Position numbers and translations under genes: made by a program
NCBI GenBank assembly: GCA_023248395.1
Contig: JAHFEQ010000005.1
Span: 1 to 42,237, forward strand
Direction of reading: 5' to 3'
Source of the DNA: Nitrospirota bacterium
Lineage (GTDB): Bacteria; Nitrospirota; 9FT-COMBO-42-15; HDB-SIOI813
DNA: 42,237 nucleotides
Notes under the pieces: model-generated
Told to the model about the DNA's origin: nothing
What the model saw: only the letters and a program-made list of their open reading frames with translations
The model's database searches: none
Part shown: in pieces, positions 9,716-18,363 of the stretch
How the letters are laid out: each line of letters starts with the position of its first letter
Position numbering within the stretch: position 1 is the first letter of the stretch

Positions 9716-10879
9716 CTATTCCTTATTCACTGACATGGCCTCTATCAGTATCTTTGCCACCTCTGGACGTGAGAATTCAGGCGGAGGGGTAACACCATTT
9801 TTCAGCATCTCACGGACCTTTGTCCCTGAAAGGGTCACATGCTCACTTGAGTCATGGGGGCAGGTTTTGTATGATGCCATACTTGTGCAACGTTTGCAAT
9901 AGAAGGTGTGGTCAAAAAACATGGGGGTTATCCCAAGCTCTCCATCTTCGAACTCATCAAAGATATAGTGGGCGTCAAAAGTCCCATAATAGTTTCCTAC
10001 GCCGGCATGGTCTCTTCCCACGATAAAATGGGTACAACCATAGTTTTTCCTGCAAATTGCGTGGAAGATAGCCTCTCTTGGTCCTGCATATCTCATAGCG
10101 GCCGGAAAGACGGCCAGGAAAGTACGATCTTTTGGATAGTAGTTTTCAAACAGGGCCTCATAGCAACGCATTCTGATTTCAGCCGAAATATCATCACCCT
10201 TTGTAGCACCCACTAAAGGATGTACAAGGAGACCATCCACAATCTCAAGCGCAGATTTCTGTATATACTCATGGGCACGGTGAATCGGATTCCTTGTTTG
10301 AAATCCTACAACACGCTTCCACCCCTTTTCCTGGAAGATCTTCCTTGTATCAGCCGGGTCAAGACGATACTGAATAAAGTCTTTATGTCTTGGTCTGTGG
10401 AAGAGGCTTATCTTCCCACCGATAAGGATAGGCCCAGAGTCATAGAGTTGTTTTACTCCGGGATGTTCCGGGCTGTCAGTTTTATATACCTCTATTGCCT
10501 CCTTTTCCTTATCATGTGAGTAAATATCTTCTATTAACATCACGGCGAGAGAATTCCCTTCCCCGTCAACTAAGGCTACCTCTTCTTTCATAGATAGGTC
10601 GTTAGCCGTCTCCTCTTTTACAGAAAGGGTGATCGGGATAGACCATGGAAGACCGTTGGCCAGACGCATGGTGTCCACAACAGTATTATAATCATCCCGG
10701 CCCATGAATCCTTCCAATGGACTCATAGCGCCTGTGGCTATCATCTCGAGGTCTGAGATTTCCCTCTTATTTAATTGAAGCTTTTTTAATTCCTTTGCCT
10801 TTAACTCTGATAGTTCACGGTCTTTACCCCGCAGTATCCGGTTGATCAATTTGCCGCCATGTGGTATGGAATGTAGCAT
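9716..10879 (-). CDS. sat: Sulfate adenylyltransferase (Sat-type ATP sulfurylase)
   Basis: [58 protein letters not shown]. Confidence 0.97.
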   Translation of the reverse strand: MLHSIPHGGKLINRILRGKDRELSELKAKELKKLQLNKREISDLEMIATGAMSPLEGFMGRDDYNTVVDTMRLANGLPWSIPITLSVKEETANDLSMKEEVALVDGEGNSLAVMLIEDIYSHDKEKEAIEVYKTDSPEHPGVKQLYDSGPILIGGKISLFHRPRHKDFIQYRLDPADTRKIFQEKGWKRVVGFQTRNPIHRAHEYIQKSALEIVDGLLVHPLVGATKGDDISAEIRMRCYEALFENYYPKDRTFLAVFPAAMRYAGPREAIFHAICRKNYGCTHFIVGRDHAGVGNYYGTFDAHYIFDEFEDGELGITPMFFDHTFYCKRCTSMASYKTCPHDSSEHVTLSGTKVREMLKNGVTPPPEFSRPEVAKILIEAMSVNKE

Positions 10880-10911
10880 CTAGGGTATCCTCCTTTTTAT
10901 ATGATTACATA

Positions 10912-13281
10912 TTATGCCTTTTCTATAACAATCCTGTAATGCTTATCTTCTACCTTCTCTTCCTCGAGTATCTTATGCCCTTCATTAAGGACACTCCGCG
11001 GGACGTTCTGGTAAGGTTCTCCATCATCAACGATAATTTGCAGTATCTGACCTGCATCCATCTCCTCTAATTTCAACTTTGTCTTTACAAAGTTATAGGG
11101 GCATGCCACGCCCTTTAAGTCTAAGTAGGCATCTATCTTTTTCTCCATGGGTCTTTCTACCTCCTCTTTTGATTCCTTCTCTTCTCTTTTCCTGAATTTA
11201 AAGTCTTTATCAAGCTGATTATAAGCCTCCTGAGATTCTCTTGCCAGAATCTCAGCGAGTATTATTCTCTCTTTAACTTTATCTTTTGATGCTGGCTTGC
11301 CATACTCAGTAAATAATGGTTCAACCCTCCCTGACACAATACACTTATCTATGATCTTATCCTGAAACTCCCGTATAAGTTCACGCTCCACCTCGGTGTC
11401 TATCCCAAAGGGGACCAGCATGCCTTTAGAGACAGATATTATTGCCCGCTCAACCCGCTTGAGCGATTCTTCGGTCTGACCGGCTTCAAAGAGCATGGCA
11501 GCCTCGGATACCTCACGGCTGCCAGTAAGGAGGCAGTCTTCAATTAAATCGACCACTCCGCCTGCACACTCCCCGGCCCCAAGTTTTACAACAAAATCTG
11601 TCTTAGAACCCCAATCATAATAGCTTTCAGAAGATTCTGTAAATGATGGAATGGTGGTATGTTTCTCCAAAAGCCCCTGGACATAATCTAATCCCACTCT
11701 TTCAATATACTGATAGAACAGCTCCCCCGGCAGTTGTTCCTGTTGATAGAGAGAGACAAGTTCTGATATGGCACCTGGTATATTCCTGGCCGGAAGCTTT
11801 ATATTTGAATCTCCAATGACGGCACGGCCTTTTCCAATGCCACCCCTGAGATGCAGTTGATAGTGCGGGACAAGCCGTCCTTCTATCTTCTTTGCCACAC
11901 CATGAAAACCAATATCAGCTATGTGATGGTGACCGCAGGAATTAGGGCATCCACTTACTTTTATCTTAACATTTTCAACCTCAGCATCCTCTCTTGTGCT
12001 AAGTTCTTTACCAATGGCAAATGCTAACTGTCTCGATGATGTTAGTCCCAGATTACAGGTCTCCGCACCAGGGCAGCTCTGAATATCAATCATCTTTCCG
12101 GCGCCAGCCAGGGCCATTTCCCCCTCTTTTAATGCCTTATACAGGTCGTGGATGTCTTTGTCCCGCACCCATCGCATAATAAAGTTTTGCTGTTGTGTTA
12201 CTGTGATGCTGCTATTCGCATATTTGGCTGTAATACCCGCCAGCCTCCTGATCTGATCTGTAGTAATATCTCCCATCACCAGACGGACACTCACTGCGTT
12301 ATATCCATCCTGTTTTTGTTTAAGGACATTTGTACGATGCCATCTGTTAAAATATGGATCGCCAGAACCACTTGACTCTGTTTGGTCAGATGCTATATTG
12401 CAGCCTTGTGGAGCTGTATCGCCTGTTGGTAGGGTAAGAGACCATGTTCTTGAGGTCTTAAGGATGTTAAATTCCTTCATAATTCTTTTCTTAAGTTCCT
12501 CAAAACCAATTTTTTCCAGCAAAAATTTCATCCTGGCCCTGCTCCTGTTTTTTCGCTCCCCAAATTGATCAAAGACTCTTAAAATAGCCTCAGATAGTGG
12601 TATAAGATCTTCTTGTGGTACGAACTCATACAGTAACTGCGCTATCCTAGGATGAGGTCCGAGGCCGCCTGCAACATAGACCCTAAAGCCAAGTTTCTCA
12701 GTTCCATTACCCCCCCCTTTTACGGCTATAGCGCCTATATCATTAATGGGTGCCATCGCACAGTCTTGAGAACATCCAGAGAAGGCTATTTTGAATTTCC
12801 GTGGAAGGCTCTGACACACTGGATTTCTCAAAAAATATGAGGTTGTAAGTTTTGCATAAGGGGACACATCGAATGCTTCATCAGGGCAAATACCTGCTAA
12901 ATAGCATCCTGTAACATTTCTGACAGTATTACCGCATGACTCTCTTGTTGTGAGTCCGACCTCTGCAAGGAGCCGCATAACAGTTGGTACATTTTCTAAC
13001 TTAACCCAGTGAAACTGTATATCTTGTCTGGAAGAGGTGTGGGCTATGCCAGTTGAGTATTTATCGCCGATATCTGCTAACCTTCTAAGATGTTCAGGGT
13101 TCAGTGTACCCTGCGGTATCTTGACCCGCACCATGAAATCTTCTTTCTGGCGCTGGCCGTAGATACCCTGTTGCAGCCTAAACCTTTTGAACTTATCCTC
13201 AGGGATTTCACCCTGTTGCAGCCGACCTATTTCTTTCTCAAAGGCCGCAATCTCTTCAAGTACAGAGGGGGGTATATTCAT
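10912..13281 (-). CDS. Ferredoxin-type siroheme sulfite (or nitrite) reductase with a C-terminal helical domain and fused TusA sulfurtransferase domain
   Basis: RLQQGIYGQRQ, LPRKFK, CPGAETCNLG and SGCPNSCG siroheme-[4Fe-4S] ligands, GAGECAG, C-terminal LDLKGVACPYNFVKTK. Confidence 0.9.
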   Translation of the reverse strand: MNIPPSVLEEIAAFEKEIGRLQQGEIPEDKFKRFRLQQGIYGQRQKEDFMVRVKIPQGTLNPEHLRRLADIGDKYSTGIAHTSSRQDIQFHWVKLENVPTVMRLLAEVGLTTRESCGNTVRNVTGCYLAGICPDEAFDVSPYAKLTTSYFLRNPVCQSLPRKFKIAFSGCSQDCAMAPINDIGAIAVKGGGNGTEKLGFRVYVAGGLGPHPRIAQLLYEFVPQEDLIPLSEAILRVFDQFGERKNRSRARMKFLLEKIGFEELKKRIMKEFNILKTSRTWSLTLPTGDTAPQGCNIASDQTESSGSGDPYFNRWHRTNVLKQKQDGYNAVSVRLVMGDITTDQIRRLAGITAKYANSSITVTQQQNFIMRWVRDKDIHDLYKALKEGEMALAGAGKMIDIQSCPGAETCNLGLTSSRQLAFAIGKELSTREDAEVENVKIKVSGCPNSCGHHHIADIGFHGVAKKIEGRLVPHYQLHLRGGIGKGRAVIGDSNIKLPARNIPGAISELVSLYQQEQLPGELFYQYIERVGLDYVQGLLEKHTTIPSFTESSESYYDWGSKTDFVVKLGAGECAGGVVDLIEDCLLTGSREVSEAAMLFEAGQTEESLKRVERAIISVSKGMLVPFGIDTEVERELIREFQDKIIDKCIVSGRVEPLFTEYGKPASKDKVKERIILAEILARESQEAYNQLDKDFKFRKREEKESKEEVERPMEKKIDAYLDLKGVACPYNFVKTKLKLEEMDAGQILQIIVDDGEPYQNVPRSVLNEGHKILEEEKVEDKHYRIVIEKA

Positions 13282-13307
13282 AATGATTACTCCTGACTAA
13301 TTTATTT

Positions 13308-13691
13308 TTAGATAGAAAAGTCTACTGCTGCCACGCCTTCTATCTTTTCATCAAGCTCTACCGGAAGCACCTTTGTCCGTATAGTAAAATTGTCTATAGC
13401 GCCCTCGGTATCGATAAGCTCCCATGTTATAAAATCCCTTGTGTCGTGTATATGAGGAAGCAATCTTGCAGTATGAAATCCCAGTTGATAGGAGAGCCTG
13501 AATTCTATAGCCTCCTGCGGGCATACTTTTACACAGGGTAGACAATCCCAGCATTCTGCCGGATCTCTCATAAGGATCTTTCCCGTTTTTGGGTCTTTCA
13601 TTAGAAGGTCCCCCGGGCACATTCTCACGCACGGTGGGTTATGTGATCCATGACATGTATTGCATTTGTCTGCATGTACAACTACTGGCAT
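13308..13691 (-). CDS. aprB: Adenylylsulfate reductase beta subunit (2x[4Fe-4S]), short form
   Basis: CNTC..PPCVRMCP and CWDCLPCVKVCP; GGAGG SD before ATG 13691; follows aprA. Confidence 0.88.
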   Translation of the reverse strand: MPVVVHADKCNTCHGSHNPPCVRMCPGDLLMKDPKTGKILMRDPAECWDCLPCVKVCPQEAIEFRLSYQLGFHTARLLPHIHDTRDFITWELIDTEGAIDNFTIRTKVLPVELDEKIEGVAAVDFSI

Positions 13692-13769
13692 CTTTCTTCC
13701 TCCCTTTTTTATATGATTCCAGAGATTAATCACTGGAATCTTTTTTTACATCTCTATAATCAATCTTTA

Positions 13770-15488
13770 TTACCTTGGTTTATACCTGTCCCCAGGGACT
13801 ATCTGTTCATAAGGCCTTGTGAATACCTCAATATTTCCTGTGACAACATCCCTTCTTGAGTTTACAAATTTGAGCCACTGCTCGTCATCTCTCTCAGTAT
13901 AGTCTGTCCGGGTACAATATCCAGGCCATCTGGTTTCCTTTCGATACAACATGTGTTCCACAAGGGTCTGGGCAACATAGACCCTGTCTATTACCTCATG
14001 CGCCTTCATAAGTTCATGAAGCTCTTCTGCTATAAGGTGTTTAAATTGGTCTGGCAGTGTAGAGAGGCGTCTTTTAGCTACATGGAGTCTCTCCTCGCTG
14101 ACTTCATAAAAGGTTGCCGCTCCCCCTGCATATTCCTCCATGATCTTCTGGAGTCTGACCTCCATGTCGTAAGGCCTTATTCCATCCTTTTTGTTAGTAA
14201 AGCTAAGAAGTGGAGCAAAGACCCGATTCTGTTCCTCCTCGATAATATCTGCTGGTATTTCCATGAATTCATTCTTCTGGGCATACTCCCCAGCATTCAT
14301 TGCGGCGATGACCCCCTCTGCCCAGCAGCCACTTACAAACTTGTATGGCGCACCACCCGATACGTCGCCCGCTGCATATAGACCATCGAGGGTTGTCTTA
14401 CGGTTGACATCGATCCAATAACCAGACTGGGTGTGTCCCCCTACTATGTAAGGTTCGGTAGTCTGGACTTCAACAGGTTCTTTTGAGGGGTCTATTTCAT
14501 TCGCTGCCCAGTAGAGAACCATGGAAGGATACATGTCAAGGAATGCCGACTTAAGATCTCTTGCCTGTTGAGATGTTATATGACGCGTATCTAAATAGAC
14601 AGGACCGCGTCCCTCTTTTATCTCCTGGATTGGCCCATGTGACCGGTATGGGGTAGGGGCACCGTCTCCCCCGATATGGGCGTATTTCGTCGCCATAAAC
14701 TTCTCTCCCTTTGAATTGATTTGAGGGGCTCCCACACCAAGGGCTATAGTCCCCGTTGGGGCTATTGTATCTTTGACACGCAGACCGATATAGCGCATCT
14801 CAAAACTCGTCATCTCAGCACCGGCCCTTATGCCCATGGCAAATCCTGCGCCTGTGTTATAGGGGCAATACCATGTCTTATGTTGTGCATCGTGAGCATT
14901 GTTTGGTTTATAAATCCCGGCAGCACCGCCCGTTGCGATAATGGTTGCCTTTGCCTTCACTATAAATAGGTTTCCATTCCTTATGCTGACACCAACGGCA
15001 CCTCCGACTTTGCCATCTACGACTAAATAATTGGTAGCCACAACCCAATTTAAAACCTTTGTCCCGGCATTCTTTGCAGCCTTTGCAATAATAGGTTTTA
15101 AAGACTCACCATTGATCTTAATATTCCATCTGCCTCGCGGTATGTAGTTTCCTTTTTCATCACACAGAATAGGGAGGCCCCATTTCTCTACCTTCTTCAC
15201 GCAATACTCGAACAGCTTTGACATACTCAATACGAGATCTTCCCTGATTAAACCACAGGAATCAAATCTGACGTACTTTACAAAGCTCTCAGGGGTCTCT
15301 CCAGGGTTCAGATAGGCATTTATCGCATTCATGCCCCCTGCGAGACAGCCACTCCTGTCAATGTGTGCCTTTTCCATGATAGTGACGCTGAGATTTGGAA
15401 ATCGTTCCCTTACCTCAACTGCAGCTAAACACCCTGCTGTTCCACCTCCTATAATAAGAATGTCTGTCTCAATAATATTCTGCTCCAT
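13770..15488 (-). CDS. aprA: Adenylylsulfate reductase alpha subunit (flavoprotein)
   Basis: IIGGGTAG FAD motif, EKAHIDRSG, NAINAY, GRWNIKINGES, KFVSG, RKETRWPGY; linked to aprB and sat. Confidence 0.92.
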   Translation of the reverse strand: MEQNIIETDILIIGGGTAGCLAAVEVRERFPNLSVTIMEKAHIDRSGCLAGGMNAINAYLNPGETPESFVKYVRFDSCGLIREDLVLSMSKLFEYCVKKVEKWGLPILCDEKGNYIPRGRWNIKINGESLKPIIAKAAKNAGTKVLNWVVATNYLVVDGKVGGAVGVSIRNGNLFIVKAKATIIATGGAAGIYKPNNAHDAQHKTWYCPYNTGAGFAMGIRAGAEMTSFEMRYIGLRVKDTIAPTGTIALGVGAPQINSKGEKFMATKYAHIGGDGAPTPYRSHGPIQEIKEGRGPVYLDTRHITSQQARDLKSAFLDMYPSMVLYWAANEIDPSKEPVEVQTTEPYIVGGHTQSGYWIDVNRKTTLDGLYAAGDVSGGAPYKFVSGCWAEGVIAAMNAGEYAQKNEFMEIPADIIEEEQNRVFAPLLSFTNKKDGIRPYDMEVRLQKIMEEYAGGAATFYEVSEERLHVAKRRLSTLPDQFKHLIAEELHELMKAHEVIDRVYVAQTLVEHMLYRKETRWPGYCTRTDYTERDDEQWLKFVNSRRDVVTGNIEVFTRPYEQIVPGDRYKPR

Positions 15489-15528
15489 AGATATGACCCC
15501 TCCTTGATTTTAATAAACCAGTTTATAT

Positions 15529-15972
15529 TTATATATGATACATTACTGTTTTTTCTTGTTCTCTCTTTTTCTTGTACATATCTTCTATACTTACTTTACT
15601 TAACGCACCTGTAATAGCCCTACGAACATCCTCCCATACTTCCTTAACAACGCATCCATTTATCTGAGGGCACTTGTGCTCAAATGCACCATTAGTGCAG
15701 TCCATCGGGGTTATAGGCCCTTCAATTGCCTCAACTATTTGAGCCACACTAATTGTCCTGGGGTCTCTTGACAATACATAGCCACCTTGTGCTCCACGGA
15801 TGCTTTCTACAAGGCCGGCCTTTTTCAGGGATGCCATGACTTGCTCTAAGAATCTCATCGGAATGGCCTGTCGTCCGGCAATCGCCCTTACATGGACGGG
15901 GCCTTTATCGGCATTAAGGGCCATATCTAAGACTGCTGTGATTGCATAGTCACTTTTAACTGAAAACCGCAT
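15529..15972 (-). CDS. Rrf2-family transcriptional regulator (IscR/CymR-like); alternative TTG start at 15978
   Basis: FLEQVMASLKKAGLVESIRGAQGGY, AIEG, three Cys (CTNGAFEHKCPQINGC), C-terminal MYHI. Confidence 0.93.
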   Translation of the reverse strand: MRFSVKSDYAITAVLDMALNADKGPVHVRAIAGRQAIPMRFLEQVMASLKKAGLVESIRGAQGGYVLSRDPRTISVAQIVEAIEGPITPMDCTNGAFEHKCPQINGCVVKEVWEDVRRAITGALSKVSIEDMYKKKREQEKTVMYHI

Positions 15973-15977
15973 TTTCA

Positions 15978-16002
15978 ATATCCTACTATTCCGATAGGAA
16001 TT
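15978..16002. promoter_or_regulatory. Putative Rrf2 autoregulatory operator
   Basis: 25-bp imperfect palindrome ATATCCTActattccgaTAGGAATT between the -10 and the start codon, overlapping the SD. Confidence 0.6.
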
Positions 16003-16008
16003 ATGAAA

Positions 16009-16036
16009 ATTATACCAATTATTTTTCCCCTGTCAA
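16009..16036 (-). promoter_or_regulatory. Sigma70 promoter of the sulfate assimilation operon
   Basis: Minus strand TTGACA-N16-TATAAT with extended TG. Confidence 0.8.
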
Positions 16037-16110
16037 GAGAAATTTTTGGATATCCGAATAGTATCTTTGTACTCAACATTATTAAAACCAGAAAAGGGAT
16101 ATATATTTAA

Positions 16111-18363
16111 GTGAATAACTCAGGATTGGGGAAAAAAAAGACGGTTTTATTATTAAGATGGTTAGTTATTATTATTACATCATTTCTCATGCTGTTTTCC
16201 CGGGGGCGTGTCTCCCTGCTGAGTTCCCAGACTTTTATAATTTGCACCCTCCTTTTATCCAATTTAGTCTTAACCTATATACCCGAACATGTTTTCTCAA
16301 AAAAATGGTTTGACTACGTATTCGTTATGATGGATACAGTCTTTGTGTCTTTGGGCATTTACATGACAGGTGACTCCTCATCAGAATTCTACTTAGTCTA
16401 CTTTCTGGTCATTATTGCCACAACCTTTAGTTCTGACCTTAGGACAATAATCCGTAATACCGCGATTGTGAGTGTTGTTTACACTATTATGCTGTTTCAC
16501 AATAGACAATTAGAAGCAGTAATACATGATGAAGGCATCATGTTGAGACCCCCTTTTCTATTTATTATGTCACTGTTTTATGGCTATTTGGCTGAACAGA
16601 CGAGGACTCATTATAGTAAGACTGTAGACCTTGAGGCAGAGAAGAGGAAGTTAGAGATCCTGCTGGAAATAACAAAGAGCGTTTCTTCAACCCTGGATAT
16701 AAAGGAGGTCTTGGGAATAATAGTCAATAAGGTGGCAGGGTATATTCATGTAGACAGATGTTCCATAATTCTTACCGATGGTCAACAAAAACATGGGTAT
16801 GTAGTAGCCTCACATGATGCCCCTGAGATCGACCGACTTGAGATAGACCTAGAAAAATATCCGGAGATATTCAAAGCATTAAAGAGCAATGAGGTTGTCG
16901 TTATTAATGATATAACTGCCGAGCCCCTCATGAGTAATGTACGAGAACTCCTTGACCAGATAAACATAAAATCGCTTTTGGTGATACCTATTGCCTATCA
17001 GGAAGAGGTCATAGGTACACTGTTCTTGAAAATAAGAAGAAAGACCCATGAGTTTTCGACAGAGGAAATAAAATTCTGCCAGGTTGTTGCCAACACATCG
17101 GCAAATGCCCTCAAGAATGCACAATTGTATGAGCAGATAAAACTGCAGGCAAAGACAGACGGACTTACAAAACTTCTTAACCACAGATCTTTTCTTGAAA
17201 GCTATCAGGAAGAGGTGCTTCGTTCAAAGAGAACCAATAACCCCTTTTCAATACTAATGATAGATGTTGATAACTTTAAGTCGATTAACGATTCCTATGG
17301 TCATCAGGAGGGGGACAGTATCCTGTATGAATTAGCCCAATGCTTAAAGGATAATACGAGGGCAATAGATATCGTTGCGCGCTATGGTGGAGATGAGTTT
17401 ATTTGCCTGCTGCCAGAGGCATCCTATGATCAGGGACTCCTGGTGGCAAATAGAATCATGAAAAAGATGAGGGAGCGATTTAAGGAGGGGAATAGAGGGG
17501 TAAGCATTAGTATAGGCATGGCCACCTATTTTTATCACACGGATGATTCTACTGTACTCCTGCAACTTTCAGATCAGGCCATGTATTTGGCAAAGTACAA
17601 AGGTGGGGATCAGATATTCGCATTTGACCCTGCCGATACCCAGAACCTAAGATCCTGGAATAAAAAGGTCTTTGAGACATTTTTTGTTATGAAGACCCTG
17701 AGCCGGTTTGATAATAGTCGGGAAATTACTATGGATTTAACAGAACAATTAAAGAAGATGTTGTCGATAGACTCTTCTCCCCAATCACTCTATGAGATTG
17801 TCACATCCTTAAGCAGTGCCTTAGATGCGCGAGATCACTATACGAATGGCCATTCAGAGCGAGTTATTGAGTATGCAAAAGGGATTGCGAATGAAGTGGG
17901 GATGTCCATGCAGCAGCAGGAGGAGCTTGTATATCTCTGTCTTCTTCATGACATAGGAAAGATAGGGATACCTGACCATATTCTCAATAAGCCGGGGAGG
18001 CTTACACCGGAGGAATTCGAGATTATGAAGCGACACGCAGAAATTGGGGAAAAGATTATATCCCCTCTTGAGGCCCTAAAAAATCTAAAGCCGTTAATAC
18101 GCCACCATCAGGAATATTATGATGGCAGAGGATATCCTGACGGTCTGAGTTGTGAGGCAATACCACTTTCCTGCCGCATCCTCTCCGTAGTGGATACGTT
18201 TGATGCGATGACCACAGACAGGCCTTACCGGAAGGCCCTCCCCATGGAGGCTGCAATCGGTGAACTCAGAAGATTTGCCGGGACGCAGTTTGATCCGAAT
18301 ATCGTAGAAATATTTATCAAAATCTTTGAGAAAGAGGAAGCTGCTGTCAAATCCTCTGCATAA
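16111..18363 (+). CDS. Membrane-bound GAF-GGDEF-HD-GYP c-di-GMP cyclase/phosphodiesterase
   Basis: About 5-6 TM N-terminus, GAF, DVDNFKSINDSYGH, RAID I-site, RYGGDEF, LHDIGK, DGRGYPDGL, DRPYR. Confidence 0.92.
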   Translation: MNNSGLGKKKTVLLLRWLVIIITSFLMLFSRGRVSLLSSQTFIICTLLLSNLVLTYIPEHVFSKKWFDYVFVMMDTVFVSLGIYMTGDSSSEFYLVYFLVIIATTFSSDLRTIIRNTAIVSVVYTIMLFHNRQLEAVIHDEGIMLRPPFLFIMSLFYGYLAEQTRTHYSKTVDLEAEKRKLEILLEITKSVSSTLDIKEVLGIIVNKVAGYIHVDRCSIILTDGQQKHGYVVASHDAPEIDRLEIDLEKYPEIFKALKSNEVVVINDITAEPLMSNVRELLDQINIKSLLVIPIAYQEEVIGTLFLKIRRKTHEFSTEEIKFCQVVANTSANALKNAQLYEQIKLQAKTDGLTKLLNHRSFLESYQEEVLRSKRTNNPFSILMIDVDNFKSINDSYGHQEGDSILYELAQCLKDNTRAIDIVARYGGDEFICLLPEASYDQGLLVANRIMKKMRERFKEGNRGVSISIGMATYFYHTDDSTVLLQLSDQAMYLAKYKGGDQIFAFDPADTQNLRSWNKKVFETFFVMKTLSRFDNSREITMDLTEQLKKMLSIDSSPQSLYEIVTSLSSALDARDHYTNGHSERVIEYAKGIANEVGMSMQQQEELVYLCLLHDIGKIGIPDHILNKPGRLTPEEFEIMKRHAEIGEKIISPLEALKNLKPLIRHHQEYYDGRGYPDGLSCEAIPLSCRILSVVDTFDAMTTDRPYRKALPMEAAIGELRRFAGTQFDPNIVEIFIKIFEKEEAAVKSSA

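Noticed and set aside
9716-15488. Interpretation as dissimilatory sulfate reduction
   Set aside because: Linked to an assimilatory-type sulfite reductase and an Rrf2 repressor; no qmo/dsr genes in the window
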